From: Octopus vulgaris
Taxonomy: Eukaryota
Length of the DNA stretch: 64,000 bases
Direction of reading: 5' to 3'
NCBI GenBank assembly: GCA_951406725.2
Contig: OX597814.1
Location: 52,266,001 to 52,330,000, forward strand
The stretch's first letter is position 1, and each line of letters begins with the position of its first letter. Shown here piece after piece: positions 51,583 to 64,000 of the stretch. The position numbers and the translations under genes were made by a program. The notes beneath the pieces are model-generated. The model was given only the letters and a program-made list of their open reading frames with translations, was not told the origin of the DNA and made no database searches.

Positions 51583-54100
51583 TATACACACACATGTATC
51601 ACATACATATATATATGTATCAATGTGTGTATGTACAGAGAGAGAGAGAGAGAAATGGAAGAGAAAGAAACATTTAAAATTTATATTCTTTAATGATTCC
51701 TTAGTAAACAGCAATATCTGCTTGCTCTTTTTTTTCCTCCTCCTCAATCCCTCTTTACCACATTGCATTTCATTTCAGCTACTAAACCAGGATAAAACAT
51801 GGAATGTGTTGGATAGCTTGAGGAATCTGAGGACAAGTCAAGCAGATATTTATTGCTGTTTTGAAATCAACCATATCAGTTACAGTTATACTGTAGAAAT
51901 AAGTGATACTATCAGTTATACAGCAGTGTATGAAATCACAGCATTAGTGTAGAGATGATACTAATAATTGTAGTACAGTATTGATATTTACAGCTATACT
52001 GTAAGAGTAATGCTTCATGTTCTGTAGAAGTGATACTCACAGCTTCAGAGTAGAAGACAGGCAACTGTACAGCAGAGGAAAGACTCAGGTATGTACTGTA
52101 GAAGGCTGGGTAATTATGTAGCCAGAGCAAATGTTGTCCAGATGGATGCCCTATCCTGGCATAAACTTAGACAACAATGATTTCAATGCTGAATGAATTC
52201 AAGAAGCACAGATGTTGATTAGTTTTAGTGTGTATCAGCTATACAGGATAATATTGACTGTAAATACAAAATAATTGATTCCAATAGGAACCAGTAAGGA
52301 ATTTGTACTGTCTTAGGAATAAGACTTGATTGTTATAGCACAGCATTGGTAATATTTCATTAGATGAGTCAGTTAAATATACTGAACTGGGTTTCTGTGC
52401 ATATATGTGTGTTCTTTTTTTTGTGTGTGTGTGTGTATATAAAGGAATGTAATTTAATAGCTCAAGTCAAGATATCACTTATACTTATTTCATTACTCTT
52501 AGTAGGATCTGAACTTGGAACAGCTATAAACAGTAGATGCTATAAAGCATGTAATTTATCTCTTTCTATGCTAACTCTACCACTAAATTTTTACACTAAA
52601 ATTTAAAACAATGACCGATAAATCATTTTAAATTGTAAAAGAGTAAAGAATAAAGAAAAAAGACAGTTCTTAATTGAAATGATTACACAAATTTTGTATA
52701 TATATGTATATTTGCATAGTTATTTGAAATCTTATTTGTTATTAATAAACTTTTTGCTAATTGATTCCCAACTAGACATACTGAGAGTCCATTTGGGTTA
52801 TGAAACAATAACAGGTGTAAACTTTAGTTATAAAGCATAAACTAGATATAAGTTAGAAATTCTATTGGACAGCCAGGTGTATATTTTATCCTTTCAACTA
52901 GGTTATTATTAAAAAGAGTGTATAACTTGTGTAATTATTTCAAAGGTATCCTGCTTAGTTTTATTACTTATATCCTCTATCAATTGTCACCTCACTTTTG
53001 TTTTCTTTCTCTCTGTCCATCTCTCTCTCTCAATAAGTAATTAGTCGATCAGTTAAATGAAGCACTATTTTCTTCATTTAATCTGTTCATTATGACACAA
53101 AGAAAAAAATTAACAGAATGACAAGCGGTGATGATGGTTGTTGGATGGCTCTACAAATTACTTTCCCCATTGAAGTTTGGAGAGGCAAATGGTAGGTTCT
53201 TCTCGTGGCTTGCCCATTATAAACCGGAAACTGAAATAATAAAGAAATATTGACATTACTAACAATAAAGATTTTAATAAAGAAAATAGAATGCAAAACA
53301 GCATTTTGCATGATTTGTTTTTTAGTTAAGTAATAAATAGAATATGTTATGTACAGTAGCCATTACATTATGCTCTTGTCAACTGTGGACTGTGAAAGAG
53401 TTAACTCATTCACAGTAAGATTTACTGTAAGAATAATTATATACAATAGATAAATGTTTAACATATAACATTGACAGAAGTTGTAGCCATAAATTGGTTC
53501 ATTTATTCAGATCATATTTTGTTGTCTAATGTTTGTATTTGATGAAATAAATCCTGTAAAATAAAAATGATTAGAATATTTACTGTAGTCAATTCAAGAA
53601 AAAAAAGAAAAAAGCATACGACTAATGAGAATAAATGTATAATAAGCAGAGAAAGAAATTGATCATATTGCATGTTAAATTTCACATGAATTAAGCAAAA
53701 GAAAAATAAAATGTTCTCAAAACCCCAGAAAAGTAAAGTAGAATATCAATAAATAATGACATACAAATCCATTATTGCAAACATGTTCTATACTTGGTTT
53801 TCTCAATGCTTGATGTATTATAATGTCTACAACTACAATGTGGTTATTATGCAAATTTGTTGAAGACATTTCTTTAGTCTGTTACAATATTTACAGATTA
53901 TTACCAGAGAAGTCAATAAACTATTATGACAAAATCTTCATTTAGTTTTGTCATTAACATATGTTGAGTCTTAGAACCTATTGAATAAAGAGGGACAATT
54001 GAAGACTTCATCTAAATGTAGTGTATCTGGGACACAACAGTTTGGTGAAACCCATTCAGCTAAACTCCAAACTGCAAGGTGGACTGTGTTGTTTCTGAGT

Positions 54101-54144
<44 letters not shown>

Positions 54145-56204
54145 GCACACACACACACACACACACACATACATACATATATGATGATGGACTCTCTTGT
54201 CATTAGATGACGTATGAGGGTTTGACAATTTCTTACTGAACAACCACACAGATGATTTGTTTATAGTGATCAAATGTTTGTGTAGACATAAGCTCACTCC
54301 CTGCATCAGATCGACATTACCTGTATAGGTGCAATGGGTGCCACATGTCAGATGTCGAAATGATTGCAGAGCAATGTGAAATGAAGTGCTTTATTCAAGA
54401 ACACAACGCAACACCCAGTCTGCAGTAGACCACAGCCTTAGAGCTGAAACATATAAAATGAGCTTTTGGCACACAAAAAAAAAGATATATGAGAGTTTCA
54501 CTCATGGTATCTACCACAGTAAAGTTTGTTCTAACAGAACATCCATGTTTAAGTGGGAATAAATATTACCTCTAATATATATATATAAATTATTTGTAAC
54601 AAGATTACCAACCTCTCAGCTTGTTACTCAGTACTCTAGTGTATGAGGCTGTTAGCATGCTGTCAAGATAGACTTAACATATAACACAAGGGAATGTATG
54701 TTAAGTGTGCTGAAACTAAAACTGACACAGACTATGAAGGTAATACTTTATAAAAGTTATAAATGATGTTCTAACAGCACCGTTACTATAACATAACATC
54801 AGACAATTACTTTGGTAATGGAATAACAAATTGAATAAATAAAATAATTAAACAATGACATTTTAACATGAATAAAAACATTTTAAAGGAACATTGATAA
54901 AAGAAAAATCCATTTATTCTGAAATAAGTTTTCAGAAGAAAAAGTACAACAACAAAAAACAAATTTATCATTCCAAAGAAGATAGTGCAAAATAACTGTG
55001 TGGGAAATATTACAATAAAGACGCACTAAGTGACAAATATGTATGTAAAACACTAGACTATATGTGATGATATCACCATGTACAAACAACCAAATAAAGG
55101 AATAAACCAAATACAAGAGATATTGCAACACATGAGAGACTGCCAGATGACAGAGATACTGCAGTACAAAAGACGTTGCAACTAGTCAGCCATAATTATT
55201 CTTGATTTGAAAACTTAAACAAAACTAAAAAAATATGCTTGAAGTAAAGCTGTTTAATAATTCAATAATTATGATATTAACAAAGATCACTATTTTGGTT
55301 ATTATCATCAAGTTCAGTAGTTTTATAGTATTATTGTGGACTTTCATTGATGAGCAGAGTGCTGTTTCATTTGACTTGTGAAGGCACCAGAATATTTATT
55401 AAGCACTAGTAAAGTGCACTTGTTTGAGTGACAGCTGTACATCAGAAAAATTCAAATTCCGGTATGTTGGAATTGGTTGTATACAGATAGTCACCTTTTT
55501 GAAGATCTGTTTTTTTGTAAATGGGAATGCAGATGCTGAATTCATTTGATCCCAGTACAGTCCTTTACCAGGAATGTGTACTAGACTATTTTCTCTCAAC
55601 ATTGACACTGTTAGAGTTAAAAATGGGCAGTTGTGGTGCTCATGGTTTTGTGAAAATCGTTAGAAAAATAAATTAATTTGTTCTAACTAGAAATTAAAAC
55701 TGCATTGCAGTCTTATCCAACTAATTTTACTAGATTATAGGCCAGAACATAAGAATAGGATGTCCAAGTAATGTCATATAGATTAGCCATGATCAACACA
55801 GCAACTACTAGAATAACCCCATCAAAAGCTACCATTACTATTTCTCAATGCAATGAAACAGGATCAACAAACTTTTAACTACCTTGCTTTATTATACAGA
55901 AATGTTCCTACGAATGTGTAGAGGTATTGTGAATGTATGAAATAAAACCTCACATAATACAAGTTTTAATTGGAGTTTTTACTTGAAATATTTCAAGAGG
56001 TCATAAAAATTATATATCGTATATGGAGTACAGTTACAGCTAGCCAAAATTAATGTGTATGCAGTACCTGATAACTGTTACCATTCTTGGTATATATGAA
56101 TACTTTCTCTATAATCAATACCAAAACTATTACATGAATAATAGTAATCATCATCATCGTTTAATGTCCGCTTTCCATGCTAGCATGGATGAGACAATAA
56201 TGAC

Positions 56205-56255
<51 letters not shown>

Positions 56256-56908
56256 CCTTTTATAGGCATAAGGCTTGGAATTTTGGGGAGGGGGATAGTC
56301 AGTTACATCAACCCCAGTACTTGACTGCAATCCTGAAAGGCGAAGTTGACCTTGGCGGAATTTGAACTTGGAACATAAAGATGGATGAAATGCTGCAAAG
56401 CATTTTGCCTGGTGTGCTAATGATTCTACCAGCTTGCTACCCAAGAGAACCACATCTCAAAGACATCCAAAAGATTGTGTTGACAAGTATTGCCCACATC
56501 CTCAGAAAAAACCCTATCATTTTAAATGTTTATGCTGTATCATATGAATGCCCTCCCCAAGCTTTCAGTTATATTTCAACATCACTTAACCTTCACATGA
56601 CCTAGGGCATGTGGTGTGTCCTGGCAAGTGATTGCATCAAACATGTAGAGGAAAAGAAAAATAATAATAATAATGATGATGGTGATGATGATGATTTCAA
56701 ATTTTGGCACCAGGCCAGCAACTTCAGGGGAGGAAATAAGTCGATAACATTGACCCCCGCACTTAACTGGTACTAATTTTATCAACCCCAAAAGGATGAA
56801 AGGCAAAGTTAACCTCAGTGGAATTTGAACTCAGAATGTAAAGAAGGATGAAACATTGCTAAGTATTTTGCCTGGCATGCTAAGTATATTGCCTGCCAGC
56901 ACGCCACC

Positions 56909-56949
<41 letters not shown>

Positions 56950-57385
56950 CCTTTTTACTAAAGGCACAAGGTCTAAAATTTTGGGTGAGGGAAGACTAGT
57001 CAATTACATTGACCCCAATGTTTCACTGGTACTTAATTTATTGATCACGAAAGGATGAAAGTAAAAGTCAACCTTGGTGGAATTTGAACTTGTGATGTAA
57101 AGACAAATGAAGTGCCACTAAGCATTTTGCCCAACATGCTGACAGTTCTGTTGGCTCACTGCCTTAATAATTGTAATAATAATAACAGCAACCTTCTATA
57201 TTAAGGTACTAAGTGTTACCAATATCTTAGAAGTGATTAAACTAACCCAGTACTTTAATGACTCTGAAGGTATAAAAAGCAAAGTTGATGTTGGTAGGAT
57301 TTGAACTGACAATGTAAAGCACCAGAAGAAATACCACAAAGAATTTTGTCTGACATTTTAATGATTTTGCTAATCTACCAATCAC
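56205..57385 (-). mobile_element. Head-to-tail cluster of four SINE copies separated by (AAT)n tails
   Basis: Repeated unit ...GGCAC(A)AGG...TTTTGGG..GGG...ACATTGACCCC...CTGGTACT..TTTTAT...GAAAGGATGAAAGGCAAAGT..ACCT.GG.GGAATTTGAACT at ~56255, 56690, 56948 and 57190. Confidence 0.8.
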
Positions 57386-58002
57386 CCTTATATGAAGTTA
57401 ATAAGGACTGGCTTTTACACTGACATGAAGTGGATAGAGAGAGAATATGATGTGATATTCAAGCAACAGCAATATAAGATGTATGACTTGCAAAAAAAGG
57501 CAATTCTGTTTTTGGTAGATATTTAACTTCATTACTGGAACGACCATGAAATTTAATTTCACATTAATTTCCCCCATGAAATGGAAAAGTTGATGTGTAG
57601 GAGAAACTGTTTTTATAGCTGAATCCTATTCCTAGCACTAACCAATTAGATTTGAAAGAGAGAACAGCTTTCTACTTTGTTCAATCAAGCAAACTGGAGT
57701 AAGTAGAGTTAGTTTCTTTACTTGAGATACAATATAATGAGAATAGCAATACCTAAATTTATGATTACATAGTCTACAGTGCAGTAATTTTTATCTTATA
57801 ACTAGTGTGCATCATATTATAATTTCTTACATAATCATGAAATCAGTTTTATAGGGGAAATAGAATAGAAAGGTGAGATTAATGTTCAATTTTTTTTTTA
57901 AGATATTGGAGATTTATGTGAAAAAATTCCAATTCATGTCAAAGTTATATTAGTGTATGGTCTGTTTTAAATAAAGTAGATATCATAACATATGGCCCAA
58001 TA

Positions 58003-58172
58003 TTGATTTCAAATTTTGGCACAAGGGTAAAAAGTTTAGGAGAGGGGTTAAGTTGATTACATTGAATCCTGTGCTCCATTGGTACTTATTTTATTGACTC
58101 TGAAAGGATGAAAGACAAAGTTAACCTCAACAGAATTTGAACTCAGATGGACAAAACGCCACTAAGCATTTT
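58003..58172 (-). mobile_element. SINE copy (same family as the 56.2-57.4 kb cluster)
   Basis: GATTTCAAATTTTGGCACAAGG...GAAAGGATGAAAGACAAAGTTAACCTC...AATTTGAACTCAG. Confidence 0.75.
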
Positions 58173-60320
58173 ACATATGGCTCAATATTAAGAGAAGAAA
58201 AGTAATGAGGAGTTCATTAGGGATCTTTAAAAGACACTGAAACATATTTCAGTTACCTTAGGAAAACGAAATAACTAGATTTTGTTTTCTGGAATAGTGG
58301 CATAGCAATGTAAGCACCATAAAGATTCTTGTTCAGCTTGGTACCATTTGCTTTTTATTGCCCTTACTAAGAGATTTTCTTGTTTTTTTTAGGGGGGGGT
58401 GAAGTGGGAGGGTAGGGGGGTTACATATAATATCCTCTTCTTTGAAGAGAAAGAGATCCCAACAAAGCACAGTCAAGAATTTAGATTAAACTTTTGCAAA
58501 CTTGTCTGGTTTGCTGCCCTTGAAGATTATTATCATTATTTTTTAACTAAGCACAAGATCAATACTATAGCTAGTTGATATGAATCCAGTGTATCAAATG
58601 GTATTAATTTAATCTTAGCAACATAAAATAAAGGTAAAAAAAAATGTAAGGTATCAGTGACATGGTGCGTTATCTGCAGGTGAATGCTTCTCTAAGCTAC
58701 ATGTAGGGATTTGAGCTTAATACACAGCTGGAAGTTTGAATATAATGAAAGAAATCATTATATTCAAACTTCCTAAGGTATCTATTTACAGCCACACATT
58801 ATTGTTGAGTGTCTTGGCAACAGAAACAATAGTGTCAAAGGCTTCCCTTTTTTAAAATAATTTACCACAGCATTAAATGTTTGCCTTTCTTTTATATGGC
58901 TACATAAACACAAATTCCCAGATTTCCAGGGGAGGAAAATGAAGTAAAATGACCAAAACTTGATATTAGCAACAATAAAAGTTATAGATTCTACTTTACA
59001 AGGGTTTATTTACTACTGTTCTAAATCATTTGTCACAATAATAATATTTAACAATGACACAATCTTGCTACTTGACTGGTATTTATTTTATTGGTTCCTA
59101 GACAAATGAAAGGTGAAGTTGACCCTGGAAGGATCTGAACTCAGAACATAATGGGAGATATCTTTTTAGACTAGCACTCTACTCCTCCACCAGCCTAATG
59201 ATAATAACCCTTATTACAATTATATAAACATGCATGAAATGTAGGAAATAGAAAGGTTCACCAGTTGCTATAGCCAAGGCAGTATCAATGGGCATGAACA
59301 TGCAATAATAACACATATTTGTTCTCTTTTTGTAAGTTTTTTCCTCCACATACAACACACACACACACACACACACACAAGATATACATGTACATGACCA
59401 ACACAACACTGTGTTTTGGACTAACGACACATCAAGCTATGGAAGCAAGCAAAAGAACATCTATATGCCCTATTTTGAGACACATAAATGTATGTAGGAA
59501 TATATAATGCTTTTTACTTATATTTTATTCATTCAGGAAAATAAATGATTTGGTAAAGAAAGGAAACTGATGATATGGATATACAAACAAAAACAAAAGC
59601 ATCACGACAAACAAAAGGAGATGCTAAAGTTGAAAGCACAACATAAAAAACATTATATGAACAGGAAGACTCGGAATATGACGTCACCTGGCCTGACATG
59701 AGACCCAATTGCCAGTTGTGTGCTGGATTACTAAATAGAAAAGTCCACAGGGAGATTGAGTTTGTCCACCAAATTCTGGAAACTGAGAAAATATCCACAG
59801 GTCAGATGTCAGATTAAAGGATGTACTAGATGATTAAAGCAGGAAAAATATAACATTAAAAACAATAATAATGATTTTGTATGTAGTCACGAGGCCTTGA
59901 ATTAACAGAAGGAGATGGGAAAAAGTGATGGTTATGATTTTCTGAAGAACTTTAATAATGTGAATGAAGAAAATCCAACTGGAAACTGAAATGAGATTGC
60001 AGACTTGGCTCACTGGACACTTACCACCATACAAGAAAATCTGCACCAATAACAGTAATAATTTCTTTTGACTAGATTAAATTAATACCCTCTAGAAGGA
60101 ATGAAAGGCCAAATTGACTTTGGAAGAATTTGGTCTCAGATCACCGAGATATTGAGGATACCATAAACTAGCATCCTTTCCATCTCTCTAGTGTCTGGAC
60201 CAACTCCCTACATTAGAAACAATAAAAGTAATGACAATAACAACAATAATAATAAACATGGAAATAGTAGAAATAATAGTAAATTAATGGGTAAAGAGTA
60301 AAGAAGAAAACAACTTTGAC

Positions 60321-60490
60321 CCTTTAGCATTTAAACTGGCCAGATCCGGCCTCATACACCTACCCTATAATGTCACTCTAAAAATAAACAGTATTGAAAT
60401 CTCAAAACTAGAAGAAAATGCATGATTAGGTCAAAACAATGTGAATAAATAAGCATTGCATTTGACAGAGTAATTCTGAATGCTAAAGGA
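60321..60490. mobile_element. piggyBac-type MITE with degenerate TTAA flanks
   Basis: TTGA|CCCTTTAGCATTTAAA ... TCTGAATGCTAAAGGA|TTGA terminal inverted repeats. Confidence 0.7.
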
Positions 60491-62519
60491 TTGAAATGTA
60501 AAAATGGTGAAGAGAAAATAAAATGGATGAAAAACCAGACAGCATAAAGAGAAGAAGCAAAAATAAAATTAAACTGAAATTAGAAAATTTAACTGATAAG
60601 TGGGAAAAAATTGGAGCAAAAATGGATGAGTTTACTTATAGGATTTGATATGTAAAAAGAAACTGATAACACAAAATGAAAAAAAAAAAAAAACAAAACC
60701 AATTAACTGTAAAGTATGGATTTTGATAAATTGAAGTCTCTATATGGACAAGGGAGAGGATAATTCATTACAATATCCGTTTTTTTTCGAATTTCATATT
60801 CATTTGTGTACACAAATGAGTAGAATAGTTTTATGTATAACTTTCAATGTTTGTAGACTACAGATGCAAGTATCTTCATAAAATAACTTTGCTCACCACT
60901 AACCAGTCATGTATGAAGTGAAAACTATGTCAGATATAGTAATGTGTCTTACTAAGTAACAGAATACAGTAATTGTAGTAGAGGTGAATCAATAACTCAA
61001 CTTCATCAACTTTCAGTCATTAAATTCTTATTAAGGTTACTATTTAGCCTTTTCTAAAAAGTGAATTCACTTAAACAAGTTTCGTATAAAGATGTTAAAA
61101 AATAGAAATTTATATTTCTTTATATGCAGCATGTCAAAACAAAAAGAAGTCTGAATCACAATATTTTCTTATAAACAGAGATAGTAATAATTTATCACAC
61201 AGCAGACTGAATTTTATTTTTGATTTTGTTAATATCATTGATATTAACGAAACTGAACTTTATTATTTTTTTCGTTCTTGCAAATGGCTTGGTGACCTCA
61301 ATAGTGCTGGGTATCACAAAAAAACATCTTGTACACTTTGTAACGTGGTTAGCATTAGAAAGGGCATCCAGCCATAGAATCCTAGCCAAAACACACAGGA
61401 GCTCAATGCAGTCCTCTGTCTCAGCAGATCCTATCAAACTGTCCAATTTGTGCCATTATGAACAGAAGACATTAAATAATGACAACAATGATGAATGAGA
61501 CGGGAGATATAATAAGAGATAATTTCAATGTTTTTTAATGATACAACACATAAAATAAAGATTGTGATATTGTGGTGAATATCTGGGATTGAAAATGGCT
61601 TCCATGATTTAGTAAACTACATGTGTTAGGAAATGATTATTAATACTCATTACTTAATAGGAGCGTATGTACAGCTGCATAATGACTGACACAATAACAG
61701 TACAGATTGCCATACACAGGAGGAGTACATATAGACCTTCTTCATAATAGAAGTACATATTAATAGAGACAGTAGCAGGAAATGTAGCCCAACACAGTTG
61801 TGTCATTATTTTTGAAAAACAATCTGGTGAAATAGTTTTAAATGATATTTAATAATGATTTCTTACATTGGCACAAAAGTAAATTTTTTACAGAAGATAA
61901 GTATAATACAATTTTTACAGGAGAGGAGTATATCAATATTATTGTATTACTGCTACTTTGGAGGTTTCAAATTATAGTATTACTATTATAGTATAGCATT
62001 TTTTGATAGTGAGGGTGGTAGCCTAGTGGTTAGAATGTTCCACTAACAATCATGAGATTGTGGTTTTGATTCCCAGACTGGGTGGTGTGTTGTGTTCTTA
62101 AGCTAAACACTTCATTCAATATTGCTCTGTTATCAGTTTACCTGACAGGAGGCACACTGTGCACATGTGATGTCAATTTGATGGAGGGAGTACGCTAATG
62201 TACAGAATATATATTTGATCATTATAAACAAATCATCTGTGTAAGTTGTTTAGCAAGAAACTGCAGAAACCTCATCTGTCATCTACAACAGAAGTGTCCA
62301 CAATAACATTTGATAGATTAATAAGAGTAACAACTAATTATTCTTCATGCAATTAATAGCAGGAAATTCATTCAGATATATTCCTATCTTAAGCATAGTT
62401 AATGCTGGTGAAGCATAAACTTGAAATATTGAGGTATGAAACTAAATACTGTATATTTTGTCCAGTATTGTCATTTGTGCTATTTCTCCATCTCCCTCTC
62501 TATAGGTCTTCTCGTCATT

Positions 62520-62895
62520 GTAAGTGCCACAATGATGAGGGTTCCAGTTGTTCTGATCAATGGAACAGCCTACTCGTGAAATTAACATGCAAGTCACTGA
62601 GCACTCCACAGACACATGTACCCTTAATGTAGTTCTCGGGGAAATTCAGTGTGACACAGTGTGTGACAAGGCTGGCACTTTGAAATACAGGTACAGCAGA
62701 AACAGGAAGAAAGAGTGACAGAAAGTTGTGGTGAAAGAGTACAGCAGGGTTTGCCACCACCCCCTACCGGAGCCTCATGGAGCTTTAGGCGTTTTCACTC
62801 AATAAACACTCACAACGCCTGGTTTAGGAATCAAAACTGCGATCCTACAACCACAAGTCCACTGCTCTAACCACTGGGCCATTGCGCCTCCACAT
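62520..62895 (-). mobile_element. SINE, near full length (22700 family)
   Basis: Shared core plus the reverse complement of a tRNA-like head (GCTCTAACCACTGGGCCATTGCGCCTCC). Confidence 0.75.
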
Positions 62896-63212
62896 AAGTC
62901 TTGTAAATCTAGAGTGTTATGACTAGCCATGAGAAATTAAAAGTTACATATTGGTATATAAATAAAAACAAATAATAATAATCATTGTCATGGTAATGAA
63001 ATGTTTACATTTCTATGGGTGCATGAGTCAGACAGAATTTGTTGAGGCAGATTTTTATATATTGTTAGATGTTTTCCCTGTCACCAACCCTCACCTGTTT
63101 CCAAACAAGGTAATATTTCCCCATGGAAGACTAGAATCAAGTAACACTGCTTGTATGACAGTGATGATTATTTACAATCATCACAACACAAGCGCGCACA
63201 CACACACACACA

Positions 63213-63370
63213 GGACTTCTCTAAGTTTCTGTCTACTAAATCCATTCATAAGGCTTTGGTCAGCTTGGGCCTATAGTTGAAAACACTTGGCCAAGGTGCT
63301 ATGCAATGGGACTGAACTTAAGACCATATGGTTAGGAAGCCAGATTATTAACCTCAAAGCCACAACTGCA
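63213..63370 (-). mobile_element. SINE 5' half (18668 family)
   Basis: Reverse complement of the 18668 head and core: TTTCTGTCTACTAAATCCATTCATAAGGCTTTGG...GGGACTGAAC. Confidence 0.7.
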
Positions 63371-64000
63371 TGTATAAATAAAACAAATAAATTGAATGAA
63401 AAAACCTATCTGTTCAAGAATATCTAAGCATACTTCTTAGATATTGGTAGCAGTTGTTTTTCTGACATCTCTGTTACATATGTAAGTTTCCTAGCTTACA
63501 AACATCTGTCTTTTTTCTGCCATATGTGTGTGTGTGTGCATATGAGTGCATATATGTACATATGGTGTAAAACTGAGAACAAAAGTGTGTCACTGAATGA
63601 TTTCTAATACATATGCATACGTAAATATCTGGGTCTGTACATACACATATATTTATATATGTTGAATATGTGTATGTTTAAAATGATGTACAAATTTTAT
63701 ACACATAAAGAATCTTGCAAACCAAATCCAAAAACGAAATATATATATATGCACATATACAGAAACACACATACAAACATGTGCATGTATGCACACACAC
63801 TCCCAACAAAGCTAAACACAAAAAGATTTTGATTACTCAAAGAATTATAATGAACAGCTAATAGCTAAACATAGTGTGACTGAGAAAGCTGTTCACTGAA
63901 TTATGAGTATACATCAAAATTTACTGTTACATTGTCATAACAGCCTCAGTGTGAAACAGATTGAATGCCATTCACTGTGACAACTAAATAGTTCAGTTTG

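Noticed and set aside
55399-55660. Minus-strand ORF MLRENSLVHIPGKGLYWDQ... as a terminal exon
   Set aside because: No homology recognised and no convincing polypyrimidine acceptor in frame; may be UTR or intron.
59529-60049. Minus-strand ORFs and possible small exons near 59.7-60.0 kb
   Set aside because: Splice-like motifs are present, but no consistent reading frame or known protein could be assembled.

Overview
AT-rich, microsatellite- and transposon-dense animal genomic DNA. The SINE/RTE repeat families and (TA)n/(CAT)n/(AAT)n arrays resemble octopus/cephalopod DNA; that assignment is an inference. One complete protein-coding gene could be assembled by hand: 13 GT-AG exons on the + strand (ATG 8175 to TGA 32309, 1470 nt, 489 aa) encoding an importin-alpha-like ARM protein with an IBB-like N-terminus, best matching TMCO6. 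The rest is mostly decayed mobile DNA: RTE, CR1-like and Hero/R2-type LINE pieces, a truncated Ty3/Gypsy element, several Tc1/mariner and pogo copies, Helitron-like and piggyBac-like non-autonomous elements, and many SINEs. The best unexplained signals are a 66-bp near-perfect inverted repeat ending 33 bp before the TMCO6 start codon, a perfect 64-bp CpG-rich palindrome further upstream, a nearly intact NLS-binding groove in the TMCO6-like protein, a 54-bp inverted repeat near 50.5 kb, and hints of an unidentified convergent minus-strand transcript after about 49 kb. I found no firm evidence of a wholly new multi-gene system. Most six-frame ORFs are microsatellite or TE artefacts.
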